64,000 bases of DNA from Candidatus Abyssobacteria bacterium SURF_17 (lineage in GTDB: Bacteria > Abyssobacteria > SURF-5): positions 7,102 through 71,101 of the forward strand of contig QZKI01000121.1 of NCBI GenBank assembly GCA_003598055.1, in the 5' to 3' direction. The position numbers were made by a program, and so were the translations under genes. Position 1 is the first letter of the stretch, and every line of letters starts with the position of its first letter. Of this stretch, positions 37,401 through 45,292 are shown one piece after another. The notes under the pieces were generated by a model. The model searched no databases and was not told the origin of the DNA. It saw only the letters and a program-made list of their open reading frames with translations.

Positions 37401-37781
37401 ACCCGTGAAATGAATGAGCAGGAACATCGCCGCGTAGTCGAGCGTCACCTGGCAATAGGTGAACCGCTGAATATAGTCGGTTTGTTCCACCGGCACGGTC
37501 GCCAAGGAGCGCCCCCACCGCGCGAAGACCATGTTGTAGGCCAAGATGAACGCTGCAATACCGAAAAGTGCGCCCGCCGAAAATTCCACCCCGACGAGCC
37601 GACCCACGACTGTTCCCGTTGCAATGCAAGGTGGAACCCACCATCTGAGCCGAACAAACCAGACGGTTCGCTCCTTCAGCTCGCCGAGGATGATCCGCTT
37701 GCGCTTATTGACCTCCTCAGGCAGGTTCAGCACTCCCACACTGTTCGGCATCTGGCTCACTTTCTGCTCCTGTATCCTCAA
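34440..37781 (-). CDS. hydG: Sensor histidine kinase (multi-TM + GAF + HisKA + HATPase_c) translationally fused to [FeFe]-hydrogenase maturase HydG (radical SAM tyrosine lyase)
   Basis: Single 1113-codon ORF. H-box VTHNLRAPL and G-boxes VSDTGIGIP / GTGLGLSIV. Then a linker APQEGAQKSVGIEIGGAP with no in-frame start codon. HydG part has KAFIDEG..., radical-SAM CREDCKDC (Cx3Cx2C) and C-terminal CTACYKLGRTG-x-C (Cx2Cx22C). Confidence 0.8.
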   Translation of the reverse strand: MRIQEQKVSQMPNSVGVLNLPEEVNKRKRIILGELKERTVWFVRLRWWVPPCIATGTVVGRLVGVEFSAGALFGIAAFILAYNMVFARWGRSLATVPVEQTDYIQRFTYCQVTLDYAAMFLLIHFTGGVSSPLTLFFIFHIIFASILLRPRSAYGFAALAAAGMALVSLGEYLGWISHHSLIFHGRTLNLIQSPFHMMVNLIFFTTTVFITAFSTTAIMSMLRKRIVSLAELSEELTTLNNKLRSLYVMTQAIVSNQRLEHLMNITTSELAAVMNVQGMSVKLLSDDGKVLRYAAAYGLPSELIRDKVIEVAKSPLNRRIIEGDPFVTGHVTQRELFQFGEDLKAAQVRSVLFVPLTVEDRVTGILGAYSKRAEEFGSDDVDFFRLAAGLVAIALENARYYEEIEEMVKERSRFMMRVTHNLRAPLAAAISILDVVQGKYLGDLNDRQLSYLRRIEYPIRNMLSMINELMVLYAQRRDKRSVVHKVVDVSTLMRGVQRTFQTEAEKKGICFETVIPDAVPGIKCDEEMIQQMFENLISNAIKYTPTGGRVKMLCTCDDSTSVKIEVSDTGIGIPQADIPRIFNEFFRTQSARDMEKIGTGLGLSIVKEIVSQHGGRITVESKEEHGSTFTVHLPVAPQEGAQKSVGIEIGGAPKAFIDEGVIQNYIDSTARVGDDRVKEVIKKARELKGLHTEEAAVLLQCTSPAVTEEMFQAAHEVKKSIFGNRLVVFAPLYVSSFCREDCKDCFLRVSDRKKQAKALSQGEIAEEVRLIERRGHKRVLLVAGNGVPHGGLDYLLQSIATIWSTHGEEGEIRHVSLNAPPFAVKEFRQLKASKIAAYQLFQETYHVPTFKKLHGEDSSAEYTRRLNAIGHAFEGGISDSGISLLFGLYDYRFEVLALLQHIRHLEHVYGIGPRTLGLFRLKPAKDSSSTEQSVPSLTDSDFKRVIAVLRLAVPYAGIVTSTQAPPEMQAEMFTLGVSQVSAGSRTDPSSRVDGELGIDSSRGVDGARNLDDAILPLVNRGHIPSFCTACYKLGRTGAHFMNLAKPGLIKDYCLPNAILTFKEYLEDYAGSEVREAGLALIRKASNQISSSMTRAETEKRVGMIEHGERHLYF

Positions 37782-37787
37782 CTGCGG

Positions 37788-38192
37788 TCAGCTCTTCCGC
37801 AAAATCCCCTGTATCTTTTCCAGGAGTTTCTTCGTATCCACCGGCTTTTCAAACAACCAGTCGGCGGGCCACTCCTCACCCAAGATTCGCTGAAAGTTTC
37901 CCGGTCCCTCCATGCGCACCTTGTCCAGAAAACAGGTAATCATGATGATGGGCGTATTGGCAAATTCGGGATTGTTCCGAAGCATGCATGCCACGTCAAA
38001 ACCTTCGGTATCAGTTGCCATCATCAGGTCCATGAGTATGAGGTCCGGCCGCCATTCCTTCAGCATTTCCCGAGCCTCGCTCCCATTCTTGGCGGTTTGA
38101 ACCGCGTACCCGTTCTTTTCAAGGACATCGCGGAGGATTCGCCTCATGTCCGAATCGTCGTCCACCACAAAGATTTCGCCCTTGCGCGTCAT
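37788..38192 (-). CDS. Single-domain response regulator (CheY-like receiver)
   Basis: Receiver motifs VVDDDSD, LILMDLMM (phospho-Asp), IIMIT and EKP. Sits 6 nt upstream of the kinase-HydG gene and 33 nt downstream of hydA. Confidence 0.85.
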   Translation of the reverse strand: MTRKGEIFVVDDDSDMRRILRDVLEKNGYAVQTAKNGSEAREMLKEWRPDLILMDLMMATDTEGFDVACMLRNNPEFANTPIIMITCFLDKVRMEGPGNFQRILGEEWPADWLFEKPVDTKKLLEKIQGILRKS

Positions 38193-38225
38193 ATTGACCT
38201 CACGCGAGATTCCGGTTAACGTGAG

Positions 38226-39995
38226 CTACAGGCCGCGTTCCACATACTGCGTGTGAAGCAGCTTATGCGAGAGATGGCCTAAGGGCTTTCCCAGAAATTG
38301 TTCATAAATCTGGACTATTTCAGGGTTCTCGTGAGACTTCCGCAATTTCTTGCCTTCATCCTCCTTGTAGATGGCTCGTATCCTTGCCATGCGCACCTCA
38401 TTGTCCGTCATCCGCGGCTGGCCTCCGCCTCCGATGCATCCGCCGGGGCACGTCATGATTTCGACGAAATGGTAGCTGCCCTCGCCGGATTTGATACGCT
38501 CAATCACCTTTCTGGCATTCCCCAGGCCGTGAGCGACCGCCACCTTGAGCGTAGCTCCGTCGAGGAACGACCATTCGGGAACTGCACGCGGGATCTCGAT
38601 TGATGCTTCCTTCACACCTTCCAGCCCGCTAATAGGAGCGACGTGGAGGTTCTCGAACGGCAGCGGCGTCCCAGTCACGATCTCATATGCCGTCCTGAGT
38701 GCGGCCTCCATCACGCCTCCCGTGTTGGCGAATATGTCCGCGGCTCCCGACGACATGCCTATCGGCGAGTCCATCTTGTCGTCCGGCAGTGAGACGAAGT
38801 CGATGCCGGATTGCTTAATCATTCGGCCGAGTTCTCGGGTGGTCAAGACAACATCGACATCCCTGACACCGCTGCTGTGCATCTCCGGCCTCTGGGCCTC
38901 AAACTTCTTGGCCGTGCACGGCATGACTGACACCACAAAAATGTCCTTCGGCTCTTTGTTCAACATTTTCGCATAGTAAGTCTTCGCGACCGCGCCAAAC
39001 ATCTGTTGCGGAGACTTGCACGTGGAGATGTTCGGCAGCAGCTCAGGATAGAAGTGTTCTACAAACTTGATCCACCCGGGAGAACAACTCGTAAACTGGG
39101 GAAGAGCAACTTCCTTCTTCTCCACAAGCGCCGCTTTAAGCCGCATCAGAAGCTCGGTCCCTTCCTCTATGATGGTCAGGTCAGCGGTAAAGTTGGTGTC
39201 AAACACGCCGTCAAAGCCCAGCCGCCGCAGCGCCGAGACCATCTTTCCCGTCACAAGCGTTCCGGGCGGATATCCGAAGCATTCTCCCAGCGCAGCCCTG
39301 ATTGCCGGGGCTGTCTGCACGATTACGTGCTTGCTCGGATCATCAAGCGCAGCCCATGCTTCGCTAATCTGGTCCTTCTCGCTTATGGCGCCCACCGGAC
39401 ATACTGCGGCGCATTGGCCGCATTGGACGCAGACCACTTCGGCAAGCTCATTCGTGAATGCAGGGCCGATGACGGATTCAAACCCGCGGTATTGGGGAAA
39501 CAGGGCTCCCACGCCTTGGACTTGGCCGCAGACGGTTACGCAACGACGGCACTTGATGCATTTGGCCGAATCGCGCATAAGCGCCGGCGTGCTCGCATCA
39601 ACTACCCGAGCACTTTTTTCGCCGGGATAGGTGATGTCGCTTATGCCGAGCTCACGGGCAAGAGCCTGCAATTCACAGTCATCGTTCCGGTTGCAGGTTT
39701 GGCAGTCGCCGTTATGCTCTGATAGGAGAAGCTCTACCACGGTGCGCCTTGCTTCGCGCACCCGGGCCGTATTCGTGAACACCTTCATGCCGTCCAAGAC
39801 CGGCGTCACACAGGAAGCCACGAGAACGCGTGAGCCCTGCACTTCTACGAGACACACCCGACATGCGCCTATTGCTTGAATATCTTTCAGGTAGCACAAG
39901 GTCGGCACTCTTACTCCAATCTGGCGGACGGCCTCCAGAATGGTTGTTCCCTCGGGCACCTGCACACTCATACCATCAATGGTTAGTTGAGGCAT
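38226..39995 (-). CDS. hydA: [FeFe]-hydrogenase catalytic subunit HydA (group A, NuoG-like N-terminus)
   Basis: RBS ggaagggg then ATG at 39995. N-terminal 2Fe-2S, a His-ligated 4Fe-4S (HNGDCQTCNRNDDC) and two ferredoxin 4Fe-4S clusters. H-cluster motifs L2 MPCTAKKFE and L3 EIMTCPGGCIGGGGQP. L1 reads TSCSPGW. Confidence 0.9.
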   Translation of the reverse strand: MPQLTIDGMSVQVPEGTTILEAVRQIGVRVPTLCYLKDIQAIGACRVCLVEVQGSRVLVASCVTPVLDGMKVFTNTARVREARRTVVELLLSEHNGDCQTCNRNDDCELQALARELGISDITYPGEKSARVVDASTPALMRDSAKCIKCRRCVTVCGQVQGVGALFPQYRGFESVIGPAFTNELAEVVCVQCGQCAAVCPVGAISEKDQISEAWAALDDPSKHVIVQTAPAIRAALGECFGYPPGTLVTGKMVSALRRLGFDGVFDTNFTADLTIIEEGTELLMRLKAALVEKKEVALPQFTSCSPGWIKFVEHFYPELLPNISTCKSPQQMFGAVAKTYYAKMLNKEPKDIFVVSVMPCTAKKFEAQRPEMHSSGVRDVDVVLTTRELGRMIKQSGIDFVSLPDDKMDSPIGMSSGAADIFANTGGVMEAALRTAYEIVTGTPLPFENLHVAPISGLEGVKEASIEIPRAVPEWSFLDGATLKVAVAHGLGNARKVIERIKSGEGSYHFVEIMTCPGGCIGGGGQPRMTDNEVRMARIRAIYKEDEGKKLRKSHENPEIVQIYEQFLGKPLGHLSHKLLHTQYVERGL

Positions 39996-40014
39996 TCCAT
40001 TCCACCCCTTCCGC

Positions 40015-43000
40015 TCAGCGCTCGTCTCGATAGTCGCAGCGCAGACACCGTTTCGCTTCCCTCTGGGCCACATTCTGCCGCCATGGCGTTTCCACCTCGA
40101 GGAAATTACTCCTCCTTTTTGCGACCGGAATCATCTGGGCCTTTGCACGCGGATATTGCACAGGGTCGGCCTCCGGGTCAAAGAAGGTGTCGATTGTTTG
40201 TTCCTTCCTCCAGAACGCCTCTCCCTCGCCCTCGAGAAACTCGTGAATACCCACAGCGGCCTTCTCGCCGCCTCCTATCGCGCTTGTTACCGTAGCGGGG
40301 CCGGTTGCCGCATCGCCTCCCGCGAAAACCCATTCAACGGATGTCTGTCCGGTCACCGGGTTCATGTGAAGCACATTTCCGGCAAATTTGAGGCTGATTC
40401 CGTCGCATATCTCCTTGCCATCCAGCGCTTGCCCGATGGCCGCGATTACCTGGTCGGCATTCACCACAAAGTCGCTGTCCTCACACCGCTCCGGACGCCG
40501 CCTCCCCGAGCGGTCATAGTCTCCTAGCTTCATGCGACAGCATTTCACGCCGACGACATGGCCGTTACTGGAGAGAATCTCGACAGGTGCAACAAGGGTT
40601 CTGATACGAAGCCCCTCTCGTTCTGCTTCTTCAATCTCCTCTTCATATGCAGGCATCTCAGCCCGCGTTCGGCGATACAGGATCGTCACCGCCCCGGCGC
40701 CCAGCCGGAGGGCTGTTCGTGCAGCATCAACTGCCGCGTTTCCGCCGCCGATGACGACCACTTCCTTGCCGACCGATACCGAGCCATTTAGGTTGTGGTC
40801 ATGCAAGAAGCGCATTGCGTCGCTCACGCCCTCGACCTTCTCGCCGGGAATGCCTAGGTCCAGACCTCGCGGAGTGCCTACGCCCACAAAGACCGCCTTG
40901 TAGCCATCCGCTTTCAAGCTCTTCAAGGTGAAATCCCTTCCAAGCTTCATTCCGGTTTCTATATCTACGCCGAGGTGCTCGATCATTCTAACTTCGCGCG
41001 TTATTACGTCTCGAGGCAGACGATAAGCCGGGATTCCCCAGCGAAGCATGCCTCCCGGCTGGCTCTCGGCCTCGAAGACCTTCGGACGATACCCCAGCCG
41101 TGCGAGGAAATATGCGCAGGAAAGCCCGGCAGGCCCGGCTCCGATTATTGCGACCTTGTGTCGTGCGTTTCGTTCGCTTTCCCGTATCTCCGGAAGCTGT
41201 ACCGTCACTTCCTGTTCAACCATGAACCGTTTGAGGCCGCGGATTGAAACCGACTCGTCCACGGTCGAGCGTCGGCATTTGCTCTCGCACGGATGGAAGC
41301 ATACTCGCGCGCATACGGACGCAAACGGGTTTCGATTTCGGTGAAGCTTCAACGCCTCGGCGTACCGGCCTTCGGAAATCAAGGCCACATATCCGGGTAC
41401 ATCCACGCCTGCGGGGCACGCATTCTGACATGGCGCCCGCACGAGCGACTCACAGACGCCCGCGGGACAATGTTTTTCCCTGATATGTGCGTTATACTCG
41501 TCGCGGAAATGCCTGATTGTGGACAACACCGGGTTCGGTCCGGTCTGCCCCAACCCGCAGAGCGCGGTATCTTTTATCTTGTTGCCCAGGTCGATAAGCT
41601 TTTCGACGTCGCCCTCTTGCCCGTTGCCCTCGCAAATCCGGTTCACAATCTCCAGCATCCGCTTCGTGCCCACCCGACACGGAGGGCACTTGCCACATGA
41701 TTCGTCCTGAATGAAGTCAAGGAAATAGCGAGCCATGTCCACCATGCACGTATCCTCATCCATGACGATGAGGCCGCCCGACCCCATGATCGCTCCCAAA
41801 TCGGTGAGCGATTCATAATCGACGGGCACATTGAGATGTTCCTTTGGAATGCACCCACCGGAAGGTCCGCCCATCTGCGCGGCCTTGAACTTTTTGCCGC
41901 CAGGAATTCCTCCGCCAACCTCATATATAATCCTGCCCAGCGACGAGCCAATGGGGACTTCAACCAGGCCGGTGTTGTTGACCGTTCCCGCAAGCGCAAA
42001 CACCTTGGTCCCTTTGCTCTTCTCGGTGCCGAACGAAGCGTACCATTCCGCTCCTTTCATGATGATCGCGGGTATGTTGGCATAGGTCTCCACATTGTTG
42101 AGCAGGCTCGGCTTTCCCCATAATCCTTTTTGGGCAGGGAATGGGGGCCGCGGCCTCGGCTCGCCTCGATTCCCTTCGATGGAGGTCATGAGCGCGGTTT
42201 CCTCGCCACATACGAACGCTCCCGACCCCATCCGAATCTCCAAATCGAAATCAAAGCCGGTCCCCATGATGTTCTTCCCGATGAGCCCGTATTGCCTGGC
42301 TTGATCGAGCGCCTTGCCCAGCCTCTCGACGGCAAGCGGATATTCGGCTCTCACGTACACATAGCCTTGGCTCGATCCGATTGCATACGCCGCTATTGCC
42401 ATGGCCTCGATGATGCTGTGGGGGTCGCCTTCGAGCACGCTGCGGTCCATAAACGCCCCCGGGTCACCCTCGTCACCGTTGCAGATTACGTATTTAACAT
42501 CTCCTTTGGACTGGCGGGTCACGCGCCATTTCCTGCCGGTCGGAAATCCTGCTCCCCCTCTGCCGCGCAGACCGGACTTCTCCACGACGTCGATGACCTG
42601 TTCAGGCGTCATCCCGGTTAGCACCTTGGCGAGTGCCTGATAGCCGTCTCGCGCGATGTATTCGTCAATCCGCAGCGGGTCTATGATTCCGCAATTGCGA
42701 AGAACGATCTTCTCCTGCTCGCGGAAGAAGCTGATGTCCTGAAGCCTGGCGACTCCTTGAGCTGTTGCAGGAGCCCTATGCACCAGCCGCTCAACTACGC
42801 GACCCTTCAGGAAATGCTCTTCAACGATGACCGCCGCGTCTTCCGGTTTCAGATTTTGGTAAAACACGCCGTCCGGGTAAACCACTGCCACCGGACCGAC
42901 CGCGCATGGTCCCAGGCATCCCGTTTCAATGATTCTTACTTCGCCCGTGAGACCATGCTTGCGTAAGGGATCCTGCATCGCCGCACCGACCTCGAGCGAG

Positions 43001-43059
43001 CCCGAGGCAACGCATCCAGCGCCAGCGCACAGAAGGAAGTGAGTCCTGGCGTTCTCCAT
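40015..43059 (-). CDS. hydB: Hydrogenase NAD(P)-linked flavoprotein: HydB (NuoF-like, FMN/NADH, 4Fe-4S) fused to a C-terminal GltD/NfnB-like FAD/NADPH oxidoreductase domain
   Basis: RBS aaggagg then ATG at 43059. NuoF motifs GRGGAGFPTGRKW, CNGDEGDPGAFMDR and ESCGKCPPCRVG. Then two 4Fe-4S Cys clusters, FAD motif VAIIGAGPAGLSCAYFL and NADPH motif VVVIGGGNAAVDAART. 1014 aa. Confidence 0.85.
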   Translation of the reverse strand: MENARTHFLLCAGAGCVASGSLEVGAAMQDPLRKHGLTGEVRIIETGCLGPCAVGPVAVVYPDGVFYQNLKPEDAAVIVEEHFLKGRVVERLVHRAPATAQGVARLQDISFFREQEKIVLRNCGIIDPLRIDEYIARDGYQALAKVLTGMTPEQVIDVVEKSGLRGRGGAGFPTGRKWRVTRQSKGDVKYVICNGDEGDPGAFMDRSVLEGDPHSIIEAMAIAAYAIGSSQGYVYVRAEYPLAVERLGKALDQARQYGLIGKNIMGTGFDFDLEIRMGSGAFVCGEETALMTSIEGNRGEPRPRPPFPAQKGLWGKPSLLNNVETYANIPAIIMKGAEWYASFGTEKSKGTKVFALAGTVNNTGLVEVPIGSSLGRIIYEVGGGIPGGKKFKAAQMGGPSGGCIPKEHLNVPVDYESLTDLGAIMGSGGLIVMDEDTCMVDMARYFLDFIQDESCGKCPPCRVGTKRMLEIVNRICEGNGQEGDVEKLIDLGNKIKDTALCGLGQTGPNPVLSTIRHFRDEYNAHIREKHCPAGVCESLVRAPCQNACPAGVDVPGYVALISEGRYAEALKLHRNRNPFASVCARVCFHPCESKCRRSTVDESVSIRGLKRFMVEQEVTVQLPEIRESERNARHKVAIIGAGPAGLSCAYFLARLGYRPKVFEAESQPGGMLRWGIPAYRLPRDVITREVRMIEHLGVDIETGMKLGRDFTLKSLKADGYKAVFVGVGTPRGLDLGIPGEKVEGVSDAMRFLHDHNLNGSVSVGKEVVVIGGGNAAVDAARTALRLGAGAVTILYRRTRAEMPAYEEEIEEAEREGLRIRTLVAPVEILSSNGHVVGVKCCRMKLGDYDRSGRRRPERCEDSDFVVNADQVIAAIGQALDGKEICDGISLKFAGNVLHMNPVTGQTSVEWVFAGGDAATGPATVTSAIGGGEKAAVGIHEFLEGEGEAFWRKEQTIDTFFDPEADPVQYPRAKAQMIPVAKRRSNFLEVETPWRQNVAQREAKRCLRCDYRDER

Positions 43060-43064
43060 CGGTC

Positions 43065-43454
43065 TCAAGCCTCCTTAGATGATTGACTGCTTACCATGTA
43101 CTCAACGAGTGGCTGATTCTCCAGCATGTGCCTGGTCACAATCTCATGCACCTTCGACCGGTCAAGCCTCGCATAACAGAATTCCGTGCCTGATGCGTCG
43201 GTCAAAGTGAACATGGGCTCCTGGTCGCAAAGCCCCATGCATCCTGATAATCGGACAGTCACGCTTTCAACCCCTGCCAGGCGCAATTCCTCAATCACTT
43301 GCGTCAGGATGTCGCGCGCTCCGGCGGCGATTCCGCACGTTCCCATGTGCACCACGATGCGCATGTCTTTTTCCCCTGTGCGCAGCTCAATGTCGGACTT
43401 GGCTTGGTCACGGAGCGCGTTAAGGTCTTTGACGCTCTTAATTTTCTTCTCCAT
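43065..43454 (-). CDS. Thioredoxin-like [2Fe-2S] ferredoxin (HndB-like hydrogenase subunit)
   Basis: 129 aa with a four-Cys pattern (HMGTCGIAAGA...SGCMGLCDQEP) typical of the 2Fe-2S thioredoxin-like ferredoxin of HndABCD-type hydrogenases. Confidence 0.7.
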   Translation of the reverse strand: MEKKIKSVKDLNALRDQAKSDIELRTGEKDMRIVVHMGTCGIAAGARDILTQVIEELRLAGVESVTVRLSGCMGLCDQEPMFTLTDASGTEFCYARLDRSKVHEIVTRHMLENQPLVEYMVSSQSSKEA

Positions 43455-43456
43455 TT

Positions 43457-43987
43457 CTATGCCCCCTTCTCAGCGACGGCGCCCTGGTTCCTGTACTCAT
43501 CAAGGAGCTCATGGACTTTGAGCGGTTTCACGCGCTGATGCACTTCGTTATCGATGGTAATTGTCGGCGCCAGTCCACACGCCCCGAAACAGCGGGCGAC
43601 CTCCAAGGAAAACATCTTATCGGGCGTCGTCTCGCCCACATCGATGCCCAGGTCTCGTTTTATCGAGTCGAGCACCCGCTTCCCGCCTCGAACGTAGCAC
43701 GCTGTCCCCAAACACGTGCGGATGAGGTGCTTTCCCCTCGGGACGGTGGAGAAAAAGGAATAAAATCCGACAACTCCGGCAACCTCGCTATACGATTTGT
43801 TCAATCCCCGGCTGATGCGCTTGAGGGCCGATTCCGGCAGGTAGCCAAAGATGCCTTGCGCAATCTGAAGGACGGGAATGAGTGCGCCCGGCTTTTCCCG
43901 ATATTCCTGAATCACTTCATCGAGTCTGGCCAGAAGCTCCTGTTCCGACACTTCCTCACAGGCACATCCCAGTTTTTCTGGTGCCAT
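43457..43987 (-). CDS. hydC: NuoE-like [2Fe-2S] subunit (HydC/HndA)
   Basis: CLGTACYVRGG ... CFGACGLAP motifs of the NuoE 24-kDa subunit family. Confidence 0.85.
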   Translation of the reverse strand: MAPEKLGCACEEVSEQELLARLDEVIQEYREKPGALIPVLQIAQGIFGYLPESALKRISRGLNKSYSEVAGVVGFYSFFSTVPRGKHLIRTCLGTACYVRGGKRVLDSIKRDLGIDVGETTPDKMFSLEVARCFGACGLAPTITIDNEVHQRVKPLKVHELLDEYRNQGAVAEKGA

Positions 43988-44019
43988 CTCCTCTTACCTC
44001 CTTTGCTCCTCTCTCACGG

Positions 44020-44565
44020 CTACACTGACACTGCAAGCGTTACCATAGCGTTTTTGATCTCTTCCGAAATCAGTCTGGCAACCGCCAGGCCACGGAACTC
44101 ATTGAAGTTCAGCTTGCGTGCCACTTCCGACACACTCACGGCACTTTCACGCCCATCCACCTTCAACTTGCATCGAATGTCTATATCCGGATTCGTGCAT
44201 GCCACCGAAGCAAGCGTTGCGGCCAAGTCTCCCAAAGGACTCCTGTCAATATGGCTCAGCCGCATGGTCACCGTGACTACCAACCCCCCAAGCGGGGATT
44301 TCCCCAGCGTCAAGCTTCCGTTTGCTCGCTCGGCAGCCGCGCGGAAGAGGCTCAAGCCCAATCCCACCCGCTTACCCGATTTGGTGGTATAAAAGGGGTT
44401 CACAGCAACGTTCGGGGATACTTGAAGTCCTCGCCCGTTATCCTCAACGCTGATTTTCAGGAGGTCTTCCGCGTGGTCTTCTTCGACCGTTACCGAGACA
44501 ACTGAGACCCCTGCCCGGATGGAGTTTTCGATAAGGTCAAGAATATGCAGTGACAGCTCACGCAC
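44020..44565 (-). CDS. GHKL/HATPase_c-type ATP-binding regulatory protein (anti-sigma-factor / Ser-kinase-like); start approximate
   Basis: LSLHILDLIENSIRAG ... VEDNGRGL ... GLGLSL motifs. The tracked start overlaps the PHP gene, so a later GTG start is preferred. Confidence 0.65.
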   Translation of the reverse strand: MRELSLHILDLIENSIRAGVSVVSVTVEEDHAEDLLKISVEDNGRGLQVSPNVAVNPFYTTKSGKRVGLGLSLFRAAAERANGSLTLGKSPLGGLVVTVTMRLSHIDRSPLGDLAATLASVACTNPDIDIRCKLKVDGRESAVSVSEVARKLNFNEFRGLAVARLISEEIKNAMVTLAVSV

Positions 44566-45292
44566 AGCAGCACCTTCTTCCACCAATTCCTTTTATCGCC
44601 TGGACAAGCTCATCGAATGTGGGTTCAGCCACTTCGAGTATCGTGGCGCACCTGCCTATCTCGAAGAGAAAATGACTGTCGGAAGAACTGACTACCGACA
44701 GCCCGTGAAAATGCTCACTGCCGAAGGGAGGAACAGCATTGGGTTTCAAGAAAATCTCGACGGCATCAAATCCCACGTCAGGGGGAAACAGGCCAAGCTG
44801 GCTCATAACGCTGAAGGACGGCCTGTTCACATGTGCAGCAATTGCAAGACCGTCATGTCTCTTTATGAGATTCACGGTTTCCGAAAGAGTGAGGGCGGAC
44901 GATGCAGCAAGCATCTTGGATTCAGTTCCCACAACCCGTCCTTTCGCGTCCATCAGGAGTTGCTGGCCGAACCTCTTCGCTCGCTCGCTCAGAGGAGGGA
45001 GATTTGCCCGAACCGTCTCGGCCGCGGAACAGGCTTTCGCAGCATCGGGAAACAGACCAACCACATGAATATCCTCGACCGTCGTTACTTCCATTCCCGC
45101 AACCGCAGCGATAGCTGTTCCCGCCGCCTCCTGCATGGATGCAGTGTTTCCTGCGGCGTTATGGTCGCAAATCGCAATCATGTGAAGCCCCTTCCGAACA
45201 GCCTCCTCCACAATCGCAGGAGGGCTCATCTCCTCCATCGCGCACGGAGACAGTGCGGAATGAATATGCAAGTCTGCCTTGAACCGTTTCAC
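44558..45292 (-). CDS. PHP-domain (polymerase/histidinol-phosphatase-like) metal-dependent phosphoesterase
   Basis: Begins with DLHIHSALSPC ... ICDHN, the PHP His/Asp metal motifs. Confidence 0.8.
   Translation of the reverse strand: MKRFKADLHIHSALSPCAMEEMSPPAIVEEAVRKGLHMIAICDHNAAGNTASMQEAAGTAIAAVAGMEVTTVEDIHVVGLFPDAAKACSAAETVRANLPPLSERAKRFGQQLLMDAKGRVVGTESKMLAASSALTLSETVNLIKRHDGLAIAAHVNRPSFSVMSQLGLFPPDVGFDAVEIFLKPNAVPPFGSEHFHGLSVVSSSDSHFLFEIGRCATILEVAEPTFDELVQAIKGIGGRRCCCA

Noticed and set aside
35886-38219. Plus-strand ORFs (262 aa and 324 aa) antisense to the kinase-HydG and REC genes
   Set aside because: His/Arg-rich shadow frames. The minus-strand genes carry unmistakable kinase, radical-SAM and receiver motifs.
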